From an uncultured Gammaproteobacteria bacterium (GTDB taxonomy: Bacteria; Patescibacteriota; Microgenomatia; JAMCZE01), in contig CAZXMM010000001.1 of assembly GCA_964641255.1 (NCBI GenBank), positions 409,984-473,983 of the forward strand: a stretch of 64,000 nt of DNA. The letters run 5' to 3'. Positions 9,792 through 19,901 of the stretch are shown one piece after another; position 1 is the first letter of the stretch, and the number at the start of each line of letters is the position of its first letter. The position numbers and the translations under genes were made by a program. Under the pieces are notes generated by a model that saw only the letters and a list, made by a program, of their open reading frames with translations, was not told the origin of the DNA and did not search any database.

Positions 9792-11354
9792 ATGATTGCG
9801 CTGCTGCGAAAAAATATTGTCTGGGGGATCTTAGTTTTGGCCCTGCTGCCATTTGTAACTCTAATTTTTACTCGCGGGTTTGGGTACACTGATGGTGGGT
9901 GGATGGTGGTACGGCAAATGTCCTTTCACGAGACCCTTCGCAGTGGTCAGTTTCCGGTTCGCTTTTTGGAAAACATCAACCATGGCTATGGTTACCCGGT
10001 GTTGAATTTTTTGTACCCCCTGCCTTTTTACTTGGGTGAGGCACTTCATCTGATGGGAGCGGACTTTGTTACGACTATAAAACTACTTTTTGCCTTGTCA
10101 TTCTTTGGGGGAGCGGTAGGGATGTTGCTGTTTGTCCGGCGGCACTTTGGCGACTGGGCAGGGGTTTTTGCCGCCATAATTTACTCACTCTTTCCCTACC
10201 ATCTGTTCGATATCTTTACTCGCGGGTCTTTAGGAGAGGTGGTAGCGTTTTTTTTCTTACCCCTGGTTTTCTTTTTTGCCGACGGCGTTTGTTATGGGGG
10301 TAAAAGGTCGCTACCAATTGTACTGCTTGGATTTGGTTTGGCTGGACTGATCACTAGCCACAACACCCTTACACTTCTATTTTTACCGGTAATACTCGGC
10401 TATTTTTTCATTCTTATTTACTTCACTCGAGCAGTTGCTGGTCTCATGCTAGCTGGGATTTTGGGATTACTTTTATCCGCTTTTTTTTGGCTCCCAGCTT
10501 TACTGGAACTTTCCCTGACTCGGGCTAGTAGTGTTCAGGTGGCGCAGTATTATAACTATTTTTTAACGGGTGTTAACTTTCCTGATTTATTAGGTGTGCC
10601 GTTTCTTTTCATCGTAATCGCTCTTACTGTTTTGGCAGTCAAAAGAGATTGGAAAATAACAATTACGACTAAGACTGTTGTTTTGACCCTCTTTCTTAGT
10701 GTTTCGCTCATAGCCGTTGCCCTGAGCACTCAATTTTTGGAATTTCTTTGGCAAGCAAAGTTTCTACCACAACTGGTGCAGTTTCCGTGGCGCTTCCTTG
10801 CTGTTCCTACCTTCACACTTAGTGTTATAGGCGGAGTGATTTTGGCACGGGACAAGAGGGTGGGTAGTGTTGCTATTATCCTGCTTGTTTTGGTCCAATT
10901 GGCTCGAATTAAAATAGAGTCAGCGCCAATGGAGGATACTTTTTACCAGTCAATTGACGAAACGACTACAGTAAAAAATGAATACATGCCACTGACAGTT
11001 AAAACTGATCCGCTTTTTCGACCCAACAAACAAATAGAAATTGTCGAGGGAAAAGGCGAAATTAATGACCTAGGAGAAGTTACCGCTAGTACTCCTAGCG
11101 TAGTGCAAATTAATAAAGTCTATTTTCCTGGAACTAAAGTTTTCGTGAATGGACAAGAGACTACTTTTGACTATGAGACCACTGGGTATATTCGTCTGGT
11201 CGTTCCCGCCGGGCGTCATCAAATAGTCAGGAAGTTTTCTGAGACCCCCCTTCGGTTGGCAGCTGATTTGCTTACAGCGCTCGGATTCTTGGTGTCCGGG
11301 GTGATACTAGTTTTGACCTATCGAAAAAACGGTGTCGTTGCCCGCCTGAAATAA
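9792..11354 (+). CDS. Polytopic membrane protein, family D (YfhO-like; tentatively COG5617 / PTPS-related membrane protein family)
   Basis: ATG at 9792 immediately follows the upstream TAA. Conserved N-terminal loop SFHETLRSGQFPVRFLENINHGYGYPVLNFLYPLPFYLGEA. C-terminal domain VYFPGTKVFVNGQETTFDYETTGYIRLVVPAGRHQIV resembles the YfhO C-terminus. Paralogs at 14855 and 34975. Confidence 0.5.
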   Translation: MIALLRKNIVWGILVLALLPFVTLIFTRGFGYTDGGWMVVRQMSFHETLRSGQFPVRFLENINHGYGYPVLNFLYPLPFYLGEALHLMGADFVTTIKLLFALSFFGGAVGMLLFVRRHFGDWAGVFAAIIYSLFPYHLFDIFTRGSLGEVVAFFFLPLVFFFADGVCYGGKRSLPIVLLGFGLAGLITSHNTLTLLFLPVILGYFFILIYFTRAVAGLMLAGILGLLLSAFFWLPALLELSLTRASSVQVAQYYNYFLTGVNFPDLLGVPFLFIVIALTVLAVKRDWKITITTKTVVLTLFLSVSLIAVALSTQFLEFLWQAKFLPQLVQFPWRFLAVPTFTLSVIGGVILARDKRVGSVAIILLVLVQLARIKIESAPMEDTFYQSIDETTTVKNEYMPLTVKTDPLFRPNKQIEIVEGKGEINDLGEVTASTPSVVQINKVYFPGTKVFVNGQETTFDYETTGYIRLVVPAGRHQIVRKFSETPLRLAADLLTALGFLVSGVILVLTYRKNGVVARLK

Positions 11355-13247
11355 GGGGTCAAGCTGTAAATTGTCTTCACAAGGTAGTGATTTACTTGTC
11401 GGGCGAATAAGGATGGTTGCTTGACTAACTTTAATAAGCTTGGCAACCTCAGCACAGTTGGTAGACTCGATGATTGTCTGATTTGCTTTAATCCTTGCCT
11501 CCAGCCCGACTACTCCGTGGTCACTGGTGCCAGCCAAGTAGACCGAGCGTTTAGAAAAGAGTGGTAGGCTCATTGCGGTGGCACTAAATGCTTCATTACT
11601 ACCAATAAGGAGAATGGAGTTCTTTTGGGTGCCATCTGCTAAGAAGGCGGCAATTTTCAGTCGGTCGGAAGAAAACAGGAACTTCTCACGCGTAGAGTAA
11701 CTGATGATATTACCCAGTCCTTCATGGAGAGTGCGGGTGGCGGCCAAAATAATAATTAATCCCAGTAACAATCTAAAAACCAGCTTGGGTAAACGTTTAA
11801 AATGACTGTCTATACTTAGCGCTAGAGGTAGTGCCGCCAAAGTAAGATATTGAATAATGAACTGAATCGTATTGGCGCCGCCAGTTGCTTGTACAAAAAA
11901 CAGACCCAAGAGCAAGCTACTAGTAAGGACTGCCAAATAAAATCCGACTAGCTCCAGGGGAATCCTTTTAAGGGTATGTTTGGTTTGCCAAAAGGCTAAA
12001 AGAGCTACCCCCAGCATGGATATGAGATAGGTTGCCGCATAAAAGAGTTCAATGCCAAGTACTTTTAAGTGCTGGCCTTGACCAATGAGGCTCAGTCGGG
12101 TTAGTTCCAAAGTTTGGAAGTGGAAAATTGATTGAGCCATGAAATTGTCAAATCTCCAGGTGCCAGAAAAAATTAACCCGCCCGCCCTATCGTTTATTGG
12201 TAAAAAGGTAAGCAGGCTAGTCGCCAGTGCTAAGAAAGCTATTCCCAGGGAATACCAGTCTTTTTTGTACAGACGAACTAGTACTAGTGTGCCAAGGCCG
12301 GCAAAGGCCACAATTCCGGTATAGACTTTAAATTCCAGTAAGATTCCGGTAACAATGCCAACTAGCAGGCCCAAAATCAGCTTTTTATCTCTTAACCACA
12401 CAAGAATAAGGGCAACTAATCCCAAAAAAAGCGCCAAGGAAAACGACCTAGGCGGACCCGTTAGTAGCTTACTGGCATCATCAATAATCGTGTAGTCTAA
12501 ATTGATTGTTTTAGTGCGGAGAAAAACAAGGATGTAGAGAAGATCACCGGCAAAAAATGTAAAGAAAAGAAACAGCCGCTGAAAGTTTTTACCTAAAGCT
12601 AGCAGTTGACTGATAGCAATAACAGCGGCTGCCATAAACCCAATTAAAAACACCGATGAGTATTGGTAAACAGTGGGAATGAGGGGGGGTCTGAAAATTC
12701 TCGCCAAATCAGCAAGAGCCAGATTAGATAGATAATGGTAGTTTTTTACTACAATCCCGGCTGACCCTGGCTCCATGGGGGGGAAATGATTGACCAGTTC
12801 GCTGGTGAGTGCTAAATGATAAATACCATCGGGGACACTACGGCAGCAAAAAAGAATATCGCCACTGCTGGTTTGAAATCCCATCAACCACACAGCAGCA
12901 AGCTGTAAGAAGCCACCACTTAAGATAATGACTAGTGAAAGAATATCCAACGTTCCGGGCGCTTTGGGAAAAGTTAGTTTAAATTTTACCCCTCGTTTTA
13001 GTAGCCACAGGCCACTCACAACCAAAAGATAGAGATAAGTTAAATCTCGTAGTCCCAACTGACCAAAGATGAAGCCCTGCAGAGCCCACAAAGCTATTCC
13101 AATTGTGAATGAAAGGGTCACACGCTGTGCAGTGGTCAACGGGACCGTTCTTAGTAGTAAGTCCCCTGGTAAGAAAAATGCTACCACCAGAGCCAAGACA
13201 TAAACGGGAATAAAAAGGAAGAAAGCAGAATCAGGGAAAAGGATCAT
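11307..13247 (-). CDS. Large polytopic membrane protein (GT-C-like candidate), unknown family
   Basis: 646 aa with more than 12 hydrophobic segments. Overlaps the 3' end of 9792-11354 by 48 bp (convergent). Start overlaps the upstream minus-strand gene (ATGA on - strand). Contains two C7 tracts on its coding strand. Confidence 0.4.
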   Translation of the reverse strand: MILFPDSAFFLFIPVYVLALVVAFFLPGDLLLRTVPLTTAQRVTLSFTIGIALWALQGFIFGQLGLRDLTYLYLLVVSGLWLLKRGVKFKLTFPKAPGTLDILSLVIILSGGFLQLAAVWLMGFQTSSGDILFCCRSVPDGIYHLALTSELVNHFPPMEPGSAGIVVKNYHYLSNLALADLARIFRPPLIPTVYQYSSVFLIGFMAAAVIAISQLLALGKNFQRLFLFFTFFAGDLLYILVFLRTKTINLDYTIIDDASKLLTGPPRSFSLALFLGLVALILVWLRDKKLILGLLVGIVTGILLEFKVYTGIVAFAGLGTLVLVRLYKKDWYSLGIAFLALATSLLTFLPINDRAGGLIFSGTWRFDNFMAQSIFHFQTLELTRLSLIGQGQHLKVLGIELFYAATYLISMLGVALLAFWQTKHTLKRIPLELVGFYLAVLTSSLLLGLFFVQATGGANTIQFIIQYLTLAALPLALSIDSHFKRLPKLVFRLLLGLIIILAATRTLHEGLGNIISYSTREKFLFSSDRLKIAAFLADGTQKNSILLIGSNEAFSATAMSLPLFSKRSVYLAGTSDHGVVGLEARIKANQTIIESTNCAEVAKLIKVSQATILIRPTSKSLPCEDNLQLDPLFQAGNDTVFSIGQN

Positions 13248-14812
13248 CTGGCTTTAAGGTGTAACCGCTCAAGAATATAGCTATCAAGCGAGAAGGGTGA
13301 CGGCAGTTTGTTTCGTTCCGACCAGGTAATGAGATCATCGAACAGATCTTCTGCATTGGCTTTATGCCAGTGATCTTGGGTCATTTGACTCGGAGTGGCG
13401 TTTGCAATGTCAACAATTTTATAGTCCTCGAAAGAGACAAGAATAGGGTAGCTCTGACAATTCTCACAGATTCCAATTGGATAGCCACCTGGGGCCGTTA
13501 GCCCGCGATTGTGGGCTAGAAAACTCATAGCTTGGCTAATATGACCGGGTCTGGTGTCCTGGTCATGAATCAAAAACTTTTTATCTGGATAGGTCTTTTG
13601 AAGGATATCAATATTTCGTTCAAATTCAGCGACTCGATTATTTGATAGTTTGGCTTGAGAAACGCTAACCATAAGACTGCCGATGAGAGCTACCATGCAA
13701 ACTAAAAAGCCCAAAGCCCGGTTCAGGCGAATTAAAGAAATGAGTAGGATGGTCGTAAAAATGAGAATAAAAGGAGCAAAATAGATTAAATAGCCCTCGA
13801 ATCGCTCTCCTTTGTAAAAACGGTTGAGAATCAGAAGGAGACCAAAAATTGCTCCAAGAATGTTGAGTGGTGTTCGAGCCAGTTTGGTTGTTATGACTCT
13901 TCCAAGAATGAGTGCTGCTACTCCGCTTAAAAGAGCCATACCTATTAACCAGACTCCTCCTACCACTAAGGCCCAATAGTTGGGGACTGCGGAAAAAATG
14001 AAAAGCTTCCAACTACTGGCGACATAAAACCGATGTTGACCAATTAAAAAGAAGTCCATGATGTTTCTAGTGTTGGCAAAGCTTTGGTTGCTGTCCCAAA
14101 GAAGCAGGGGTAGGGCTGGCACAAGAGATCCCAGCCCCGCCGCAACCATTAAGAATAACCGCGTTTTAAGGGTAGTCTTGGGAATAATTAGGAGGGGTAA
14201 CACTAGCACCATGAGATTGATGGCTTGATAATGAAGACTAATTCCAATCCCCAGAGAGATACCCATGGCAAAGGCAAAAAAAGCGCGTTTCTTTTGCCAG
14301 GCTAAAATTAAAAAGAAAAGTGTAGCGGCTGTCGCAATGCCAACAAACGTATGCTGCGTTAACACCAGTGAGCGATGGACTAGTTGTGGTGACACGGCCG
14401 CGACTAGTCCCATGAGAAGAGCTGTTCGTCTTCCGCCTAACAGCCTCCCAATAGCCACCATTAAAAAAACCAGGGCGAGGCCAAAGCCTAGGGTCACAAT
14501 CCAGGGAGCTGTAGGCACGCTTGGCAGAAGAAGATAAGTTCCCGCTATATACCAATAAAATAACGGACCGAATACAAACGGGCCGGCCGAGCTAAATGAG
14601 CCAATCAGGGGTAAATGCCCCCTCCTTAGAGTTTCTAGACCGATCATTGCATCCCGGGAGTCGTCAGATCCGAGCCCCCAGCGGGTAGGAAACTGGTAGA
14701 CCCGAAGAGCTAGAGATAAAAAAAACAAACAAATTAATGCTACTGGATAGGCATAAAGGGTAATAAAACCCCGAAATCGTACAAGCAGACTCATCACATT
14801 AAATTCTAACAC
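13244..14812 (-). CDS. Polytopic GT-C-like membrane glycosyltransferase, family A paralog
   Basis: 522 aa. N-terminal loop RVYQFPTRWGLGSDDSRDAMIGLETLRRGHLPLIGSFSSAGPFVFGPLFYWY parallels the 2307 and 28676 proteins. Confidence 0.5.
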   Translation of the reverse strand: MLEFNVMSLLVRFRGFITLYAYPVALICLFFLSLALRVYQFPTRWGLGSDDSRDAMIGLETLRRGHLPLIGSFSSAGPFVFGPLFYWYIAGTYLLLPSVPTAPWIVTLGFGLALVFLMVAIGRLLGGRRTALLMGLVAAVSPQLVHRSLVLTQHTFVGIATAATLFFLILAWQKKRAFFAFAMGISLGIGISLHYQAINLMVLVLPLLIIPKTTLKTRLFLMVAAGLGSLVPALPLLLWDSNQSFANTRNIMDFFLIGQHRFYVASSWKLFIFSAVPNYWALVVGGVWLIGMALLSGVAALILGRVITTKLARTPLNILGAIFGLLLILNRFYKGERFEGYLIYFAPFILIFTTILLISLIRLNRALGFLVCMVALIGSLMVSVSQAKLSNNRVAEFERNIDILQKTYPDKKFLIHDQDTRPGHISQAMSFLAHNRGLTAPGGYPIGICENCQSYPILVSFEDYKIVDIANATPSQMTQDHWHKANAEDLFDDLITWSERNKLPSPFSLDSYILERLHLKAR

Positions 14813-14854
14813 ATGTACCGAGCAGGGCTCCTCACAGTAGGATATAATTGCTCA
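14813..14854. promoter_or_regulatory. Short divergent region with TATAAT hexamer (14841-14846) between the minus-strand gene start (14812) and the probable + gene start (14855)
   Basis: The sequence aggaTATAATtgctcaATGtccATG places a -10-like hexamer 8-14 nt upstream of the candidate ATGs. This would imply a leaderless or very short-leader mRNA. Confidence 0.25.
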
Positions 14855-16585
14855 ATGTCCATGACCATCCGGTTTCTTAAGCAGTACGGAGTTTATCTGA
14901 TTCTTTTTGTTGTCAGTTTCTTTACTTGGGCGCCCCTGCTGCAACCAGGTTTTTTCTCTTTCCACGACTTTCAGCACGTAGCTCGGTTGTTTGCAATGGA
15001 TAAGGCACTTTGGGCCGGCCAATTTCCCGTTCGTTTTGTCAGCGGTTTGGGTTTTGGATACGGTTATGCCCTGTATAATTTTTACCCTCCTTTTGTCTAC
15101 TACTTAGGCGAGCTTTTCCACCTTTTTGGAGCCTCCTTTGTCGATTCAATTAAACTTGTCTGGGCCACCGCCCTAATTGGATCGGGACTTACAATGTATT
15201 TTTTAGGGAAAGAGTTCTGGGGAAAATCTGGTGGATTTCTTAGCGCTGTCCTTTATCTTTATATTCCCTACCACGCGGTTGATGCCTATGTCCGTGGCGC
15301 CCTAGCTGAACTGTTTACCTTCGTTTGGCTACCGCTGATTTTGCTCTTTTCTTACAAATTAATTCACACCAGCGAGCGTAAATATCTCTTATGGACCGGT
15401 GTTATCCTAGCCCTGTTAATGATTACCCATAACTTAATTTTTTTACCCTTTTTTGGCTTGTTTACCCTGTGGTTCTTTGCTTTATGTATTTTACATAAGC
15501 GACCCATTGCTCTCTTAGCTGTCCACTTTACGCTATCTGTTTTGGTATGTTTTGGCTTGTCTGCCTTTTTTTGGCTTCCAGCCCTAGCGGAAAAACAATT
15601 CACTCTGGTTGACCAAATTCTGCTTAAGAATCTGGCGTCTTACCAAATTCATTTTGTTTGCCCGGAGCAACTCTGGAACAGCTTATGGGGCTATGGGGGC
15701 TCAACGGCAACTTGTCTTGACGGGTTGTCGTTCAAAATTGGAAAAATTCATCTCCTGCTTGGGGTCGGTACCATTCTAGCCGTCTTAATTGTTACCATCA
15801 AACAAAAAAGTCTGGGGAAAAAGAGTCGGGTGGTTATTCTCTCTCTCGCCCTAGGGCTGTTTTCTGCTTTTATGACTACTGGCCTGTCGGCACCGCTTTG
15901 GACAGTGTTGTCGCCTTTGTGGTATCTACAATTTCCCTGGCGGTTTCTAGTTTTTGTGGCACTTTTTTTGTGTCTAGCAATTGGCATATTGCCTTCGCTT
16001 TTTAAGTGGCAAGCCCACCGTTACATGGCTTTAGTGTTGCTGGTTGGTTTGGTCGTCTGGCACAGTGCTAAAACTTTTCAACCGCAAACTTATTTTCCTG
16101 ACTGGAATGATGACCGAGCGACGAATAATCGAGAAATAATGGAGCGTGTTAGTAGTTCCTCTTTTGAATATTTACCCAAGGGGGTAGCTACCCATTTTGA
16201 TGACAAAGGTGATCTTAAGGTCAATGTCTCTTTCGATTTACGAGACAGGTACGAACTTTATATTGCCAATGATCAGGCAAAAACAGAAGCGAAGATTATT
16301 TTTCCTAATTCTTGGCGAGTTAGGGTAGTCAGTCCTGAGCCAACTACTGTACGATTTCCCATTGCAGTTTTTCCGGGTTGGCGAGCTTATGTTGATGGGG
16401 TGAGCACCCCCATCGAAACTAATAATGATCTAAAATTACTGACCGTACCAGTTGCTAAAGGTACCCACGATATTATTGTCAATTTTCAAGATACCCCAGT
16501 GCGGACAGTTGCCAATTTACTTACACTTAGCACCACCCTAGCGGTGGTAGCGGCTCTTTATGGATCCAGAAGAAGTCAAACATAA
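14855..16585 (+). CDS. Polytopic membrane protein, family D paralog (YfhO-like / COG5617-like)
   Basis: The ORF is open from 14813, but 14855 (MSMTIRF) is preferred because it leaves a divergent promoter. Conserved loop FHDFQHVARLFAMDKALWAGQFPVRFVSGLGFGYGYALYNFYPPFVYYLGE. C-terminal domain FPGWRAYVDGVSTPIETNNDLKLLTVPVAKGTHDII. Confidence 0.5.
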   Translation: MSMTIRFLKQYGVYLILFVVSFFTWAPLLQPGFFSFHDFQHVARLFAMDKALWAGQFPVRFVSGLGFGYGYALYNFYPPFVYYLGELFHLFGASFVDSIKLVWATALIGSGLTMYFLGKEFWGKSGGFLSAVLYLYIPYHAVDAYVRGALAELFTFVWLPLILLFSYKLIHTSERKYLLWTGVILALLMITHNLIFLPFFGLFTLWFFALCILHKRPIALLAVHFTLSVLVCFGLSAFFWLPALAEKQFTLVDQILLKNLASYQIHFVCPEQLWNSLWGYGGSTATCLDGLSFKIGKIHLLLGVGTILAVLIVTIKQKSLGKKSRVVILSLALGLFSAFMTTGLSAPLWTVLSPLWYLQFPWRFLVFVALFLCLAIGILPSLFKWQAHRYMALVLLVGLVVWHSAKTFQPQTYFPDWNDDRATNNREIMERVSSSSFEYLPKGVATHFDDKGDLKVNVSFDLRDRYELYIANDQAKTEAKIIFPNSWRVRVVSPEPTTVRFPIAVFPGWRAYVDGVSTPIETNNDLKLLTVPVAKGTHDIIVNFQDTPVRTVANLLTLSTTLAVVAALYGSRRSQT

Positions 16586-18008
16586 ACTTGTTCGCAGTGT
16601 AGTAGCTCTTACGGGAAGAAGTCTGTTCCTGCAGCTTATTAATGGAGCGGCCCTTTTTTTGTTGGGTGCTTTTCTATCGCCCTCGGCTGTAGGAGTCTAT
16701 CTGGTGGTTTCCGCAGTGATTAGAATTTTTAACCTTTTTACTGATGTGGGTTTAGGAGCCGCTCTAATTCAGAAGAAACAAGATCTCGATGAAAACGATA
16801 TTAAAGTAGCCTTCACTATTCAAGAGATACTAGTCATAGGAACCGTCACTGTGGGTTTTTTGTTAACCCCGGTAGTAAAGTCGCAGGCAAATCTTTCCCC
16901 AGATGGGGTAGTTCTTTACTACGTTTTACTACTGACGCTATTTATTTCTTCCCTCAAAGTGATTCCGTCAATTCTACTAGAGCGGAAAATCGCTTTTGAA
17001 AAACAAATCTTCCCCCAAATCGTTGAAGCGATAGTCTTTGATATTGTGGTAGTGTTTCTCGCAATGCGGGGACTCGAGGTTCAAGCCTACAGCTGGGCCA
17101 TTATTCTATCGGCTCTGGCCGGACTTCCCATCTACTATTTGATCTCACCCTGGCGAATTGGTTTTGCGTTCTCGTGGGCTAAAGCTAAGCATTTGTTTTC
17201 TTATGGCCTTGCCTTTCAAGGTAAAAGTGTCCTGGCGGTCATCAAAGACGATCTGCTCACTTTCTTTCTTTCTGGTCTGGTCGGGACCAGTGGGGTGGGC
17301 TATTGGGGTACGGCTCAGCGCTGGGCTTATTTTCCCTACCGATTTCTTGTCGATTCAATAACCAAAGTCACTTTTCCGGCTTACTCTCGGGTACAGGATA
17401 ACACCGCAGCTTTGCGCTCAGGAATTGAAAAGTCATTGTTTCTTGTGAGCCTAATACTCTTTCCAGTCTTAACTGCCATGATCATGCTCGTTCGTGAATT
17501 GATTTTTCTGATTCCTCGGTACGGCAAGTGGGAGCCAGCACTATTATCATTCTATTTTTTGTGCGCCCAGGCCGGACTGGCAGCTCTCACCAATATCCTG
17601 GTTAACGTGCTTGATGCTACCGGTCGAGTTCGAACCACCCTATACTTAATGGTCTTGTGGATTATTACTACCTGGATTCTTACCATTGTGCTTGTGGGTC
17701 GCCTGGGCTTTACTGGTATTGCCTTGGCCCAATTCTTAGTAGCCTTTTCCCTCATTTTGGTGGTCTATCTTACCAAGCGGGTGGTGGCTTTTTCATTCTG
17801 GGCTCAAGTTTACAAACCATTTATAGCGAGCGTGGTTATGGCTCTAGGTATAGGAATTTTGCAAGGGATCTTACCTAATAGCTCATCTCTTAGTGTTGTC
17901 GCCGAAGCGGTGAGTGGCGCTATAATATATGGGATGGTTATCCTACTGTTAGCCCGGAGACAAATTAAAGAGAATATGCACACCATACTTTCAGCCTACA
18001 AGCACTAG
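16560..18008 (+). CDS. Wzx-type oligosaccharide flippase (polysaccharide biosynthesis protein, MOP superfamily)
   Basis: 482 aa with about 12-14 TM helices. N-terminal LVRSVVALTGRSLFLQLINGAALFLLGAFLSPSAVGVY is typical of the PST/Wzx family. Confidence 0.7.
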   Translation: MDPEEVKHKLVRSVVALTGRSLFLQLINGAALFLLGAFLSPSAVGVYLVVSAVIRIFNLFTDVGLGAALIQKKQDLDENDIKVAFTIQEILVIGTVTVGFLLTPVVKSQANLSPDGVVLYYVLLLTLFISSLKVIPSILLERKIAFEKQIFPQIVEAIVFDIVVVFLAMRGLEVQAYSWAIILSALAGLPIYYLISPWRIGFAFSWAKAKHLFSYGLAFQGKSVLAVIKDDLLTFFLSGLVGTSGVGYWGTAQRWAYFPYRFLVDSITKVTFPAYSRVQDNTAALRSGIEKSLFLVSLILFPVLTAMIMLVRELIFLIPRYGKWEPALLSFYFLCAQAGLAALTNILVNVLDATGRVRTTLYLMVLWIITTWILTIVLVGRLGFTGIALAQFLVAFSLILVVYLTKRVVAFSFWAQVYKPFIASVVMALGIGILQGILPNSSSLSVVAEAVSGAIIYGMVILLLARRQIKENMHTILSAYKH

Positions 18009-18011
18009 ACT

Positions 18012-18824
18012 ATGGCAACGATTTCGGCGATTGTTTTTATCTTTTGGCCAGACGAAAGGGACTACCTAACGGCTTGCTTAGAAAGTGTAAAGTGGACCGA
18101 TGAAATTATTGTTATTGACAACGGCGCCAATGAAGAAACCGTAGCCGTTGCCAAAAAATATTCCAAGAAAATATATAAAACCGAAGATAAAAGCTTTGCT
18201 GGGCGGCATAATTTAGCGAGTCAAAAAGCTACGGGAGACTGGCTTCTTTTTATTGACGCCGATGAACGCATTTCCATGTCCCTTCGGGAAGAGATAAAAA
18301 AGACCATCAGTGAAGAAACGCCTTTAGCCGCTTTTGAGCTTAGACGCGTTAACTATTATTTGGCTAAGCCCTTTCGTTATGGGGATAGATACCCAGATTT
18401 TGTAACCAGATTATTTAAAAAAGATCGGTTACAGAATTGGACAGGAACAATTCATGAGTCTTCACAGGTAGCTGGTAATATAGCCCGACTAAATAGTCCC
18501 TTTTATCATTTCACTCACCGAAACATTGAGACAATGGTACAAAAAACCTTGGTTTTTTCTGATGCCGAAGCTCATCTTCGGCTGGCAGTTAATCATCCGC
18601 CGGTTGTTTGGTGGAGACTAATTCGAGTATTCCTTACCGAGTTTGTAAGGAGACTTTTTAGACTTCAGGGCTACCGAGAGGGCACGGAGGGCTGGATTGA
18701 CGGTATCTTACAGGCCTTTTCATTATTTATTATTTACGCTAGGTTATGGGAATTGCAGCGTAAAGTAAGCCTGGAAGCAAGCTACAAAAAACTTGATAAC
18801 CAGGTGCTTGCTGGAGAGATTTAA
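18012..18824 (+). CDS. GT2 family glycosyltransferase
   Basis: Motifs IIVIDNGANEET and LLFIDADERIS (DxD). Soluble, about 270 aa. Same subtype as 37407-38189. Confidence 0.75.
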   Translation: MATISAIVFIFWPDERDYLTACLESVKWTDEIIVIDNGANEETVAVAKKYSKKIYKTEDKSFAGRHNLASQKATGDWLLFIDADERISMSLREEIKKTISEETPLAAFELRRVNYYLAKPFRYGDRYPDFVTRLFKKDRLQNWTGTIHESSQVAGNIARLNSPFYHFTHRNIETMVQKTLVFSDAEAHLRLAVNHPPVVWWRLIRVFLTEFVRRLFRLQGYREGTEGWIDGILQAFSLFIIYARLWELQRKVSLEASYKKLDNQVLAGEI

Positions 18825-18827
18825 ACT

Positions 18828-19901
18828 ATGACAGTTGGTATCCAAAGTCCTTATTTAGATACTTTGGGCGGTGGGGAGCGTTATATTCTGACCATTGCTG
18901 AGTTTTTTTTGAAGCGTGGTGATAGTGTTGAAATTCTCTGGGATAAGGGCGGGGACCTAGCGAAAATGGGTGAGAGATTTGGATTAGATCTTCGTCGGGC
19001 GCGCTTTGTCCCCAATATTCTTGCAGCGAGTGGAACGCTACTAACGAGGCTGCTCGGCTCGCGCCACTATGATCTAATGGTGATACTATCGGACGGTAGT
19101 GTTCCCCTATGCGCAGCCAAACGCAATTGGATTCATTTGCAGGTTCCGTTTCAAATCTCCAATCGTCCAAAAATTATTAACAAACTCAAGCTTCTGGCTT
19201 ACGAGAGGGTTCTTTGTAACTCACAATTTACTAAAAAAATTATTGATACCACTTTTGGCATAAAAAGCACTACTCTCTATCCACCTGTCGATGTAACTAG
19301 TTTCACCCCGAGCAAGAAAGAGAATATCATTTTATCTGTGGGTCGTTTCTTTTCTCCAGCTCACGTACGAAATTTTGCTCCGAAAAAGCAGAAAGAAATG
19401 ATAGCGATTTTCAAAAAAATGGTAGACACCGGACTGACAGGTTGGGAGCTGGTCCTTATGGGGGCGGCGGCCGCAGGCCACGAGAATGAATTAAAGCAAC
19501 TTCGTCAGCAGGCTAGAGGCTACCCTGTTTCTTTTCTTACGGATGTTACCTACCAAATACTTAGAGAACAATTCGGCAAGGCGAGTATTTATTGGCATGC
19601 AGCCGGCTTTGGTGAGAATCTGGCTAAACATCCAGAAAGAGCTGAGCATTTTGGAATCACAACCGTTGAGGCAATGGCCTCGGGCTGCGTTCCTATTGTC
19701 TTTGCTGGGGGCGGACAAAAAGAAATCATTGTGGACGGGGAGACTGGGTTTTTCTGGACCACCGCCAATCAGTTAATAGTTAAGACTAATGAAGTAATTG
19801 CTGATAAGAAATTGCAAAGTTACATAAGTCAGAGGGCGAAGAACCGCTCACTAGATTTTGGCAAGGAAAAGTTTTATGAGGCACTTTATAAGCTGGCTTA
19901 A
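18828..19901 (+). CDS. GT4 family glycosyltransferase (GT-B)
   Basis: C-terminal EHFGITTVEAMASGCVPIVFAGGGQKEIIVDGETGF is the GT4 E-x7-E signature. Confidence 0.8.
   Translation: MTVGIQSPYLDTLGGGERYILTIAEFFLKRGDSVEILWDKGGDLAKMGERFGLDLRRARFVPNILAASGTLLTRLLGSRHYDLMVILSDGSVPLCAAKRNWIHLQVPFQISNRPKIINKLKLLAYERVLCNSQFTKKIIDTTFGIKSTTLYPPVDVTSFTPSKKENIILSVGRFFSPAHVRNFAPKKQKEMIAIFKKMVDTGLTGWELVLMGAAAAGHENELKQLRQQARGYPVSFLTDVTYQILREQFGKASIYWHAAGFGENLAKHPERAEHFGITTVEAMASGCVPIVFAGGGQKEIIVDGETGFFWTTANQLIVKTNEVIADKKLQSYISQRAKNRSLDFGKEKFYEALYKLA

Noticed and set aside
1804-14555. Short antisense or internal ORFs from the six-frame track (e.g. 1804-2034-, 2846-3049-, 6075-6437-, 6873-7067-, 7493-7777-, 13665-14012-, 14238-14555-, 14265-14537+)
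   Set aside because: All are fully embedded in, and out of frame or antisense to, long well-supported membrane-protein or GT genes. Their translations are Arg/Ser/Pro-rich with no motifs. Typical shadow ORFs.
16560-16585. Programmed frameshift or fusion between the family-D membrane protein and Wzx (26-nt overlap), and similar long overlaps at 19858 and 61875
   Set aside because: The overlaps are in different frames and each downstream protein has a normal N-terminus for its family. Most likely ordinary overlapping genes, or slightly mis-set start codons.
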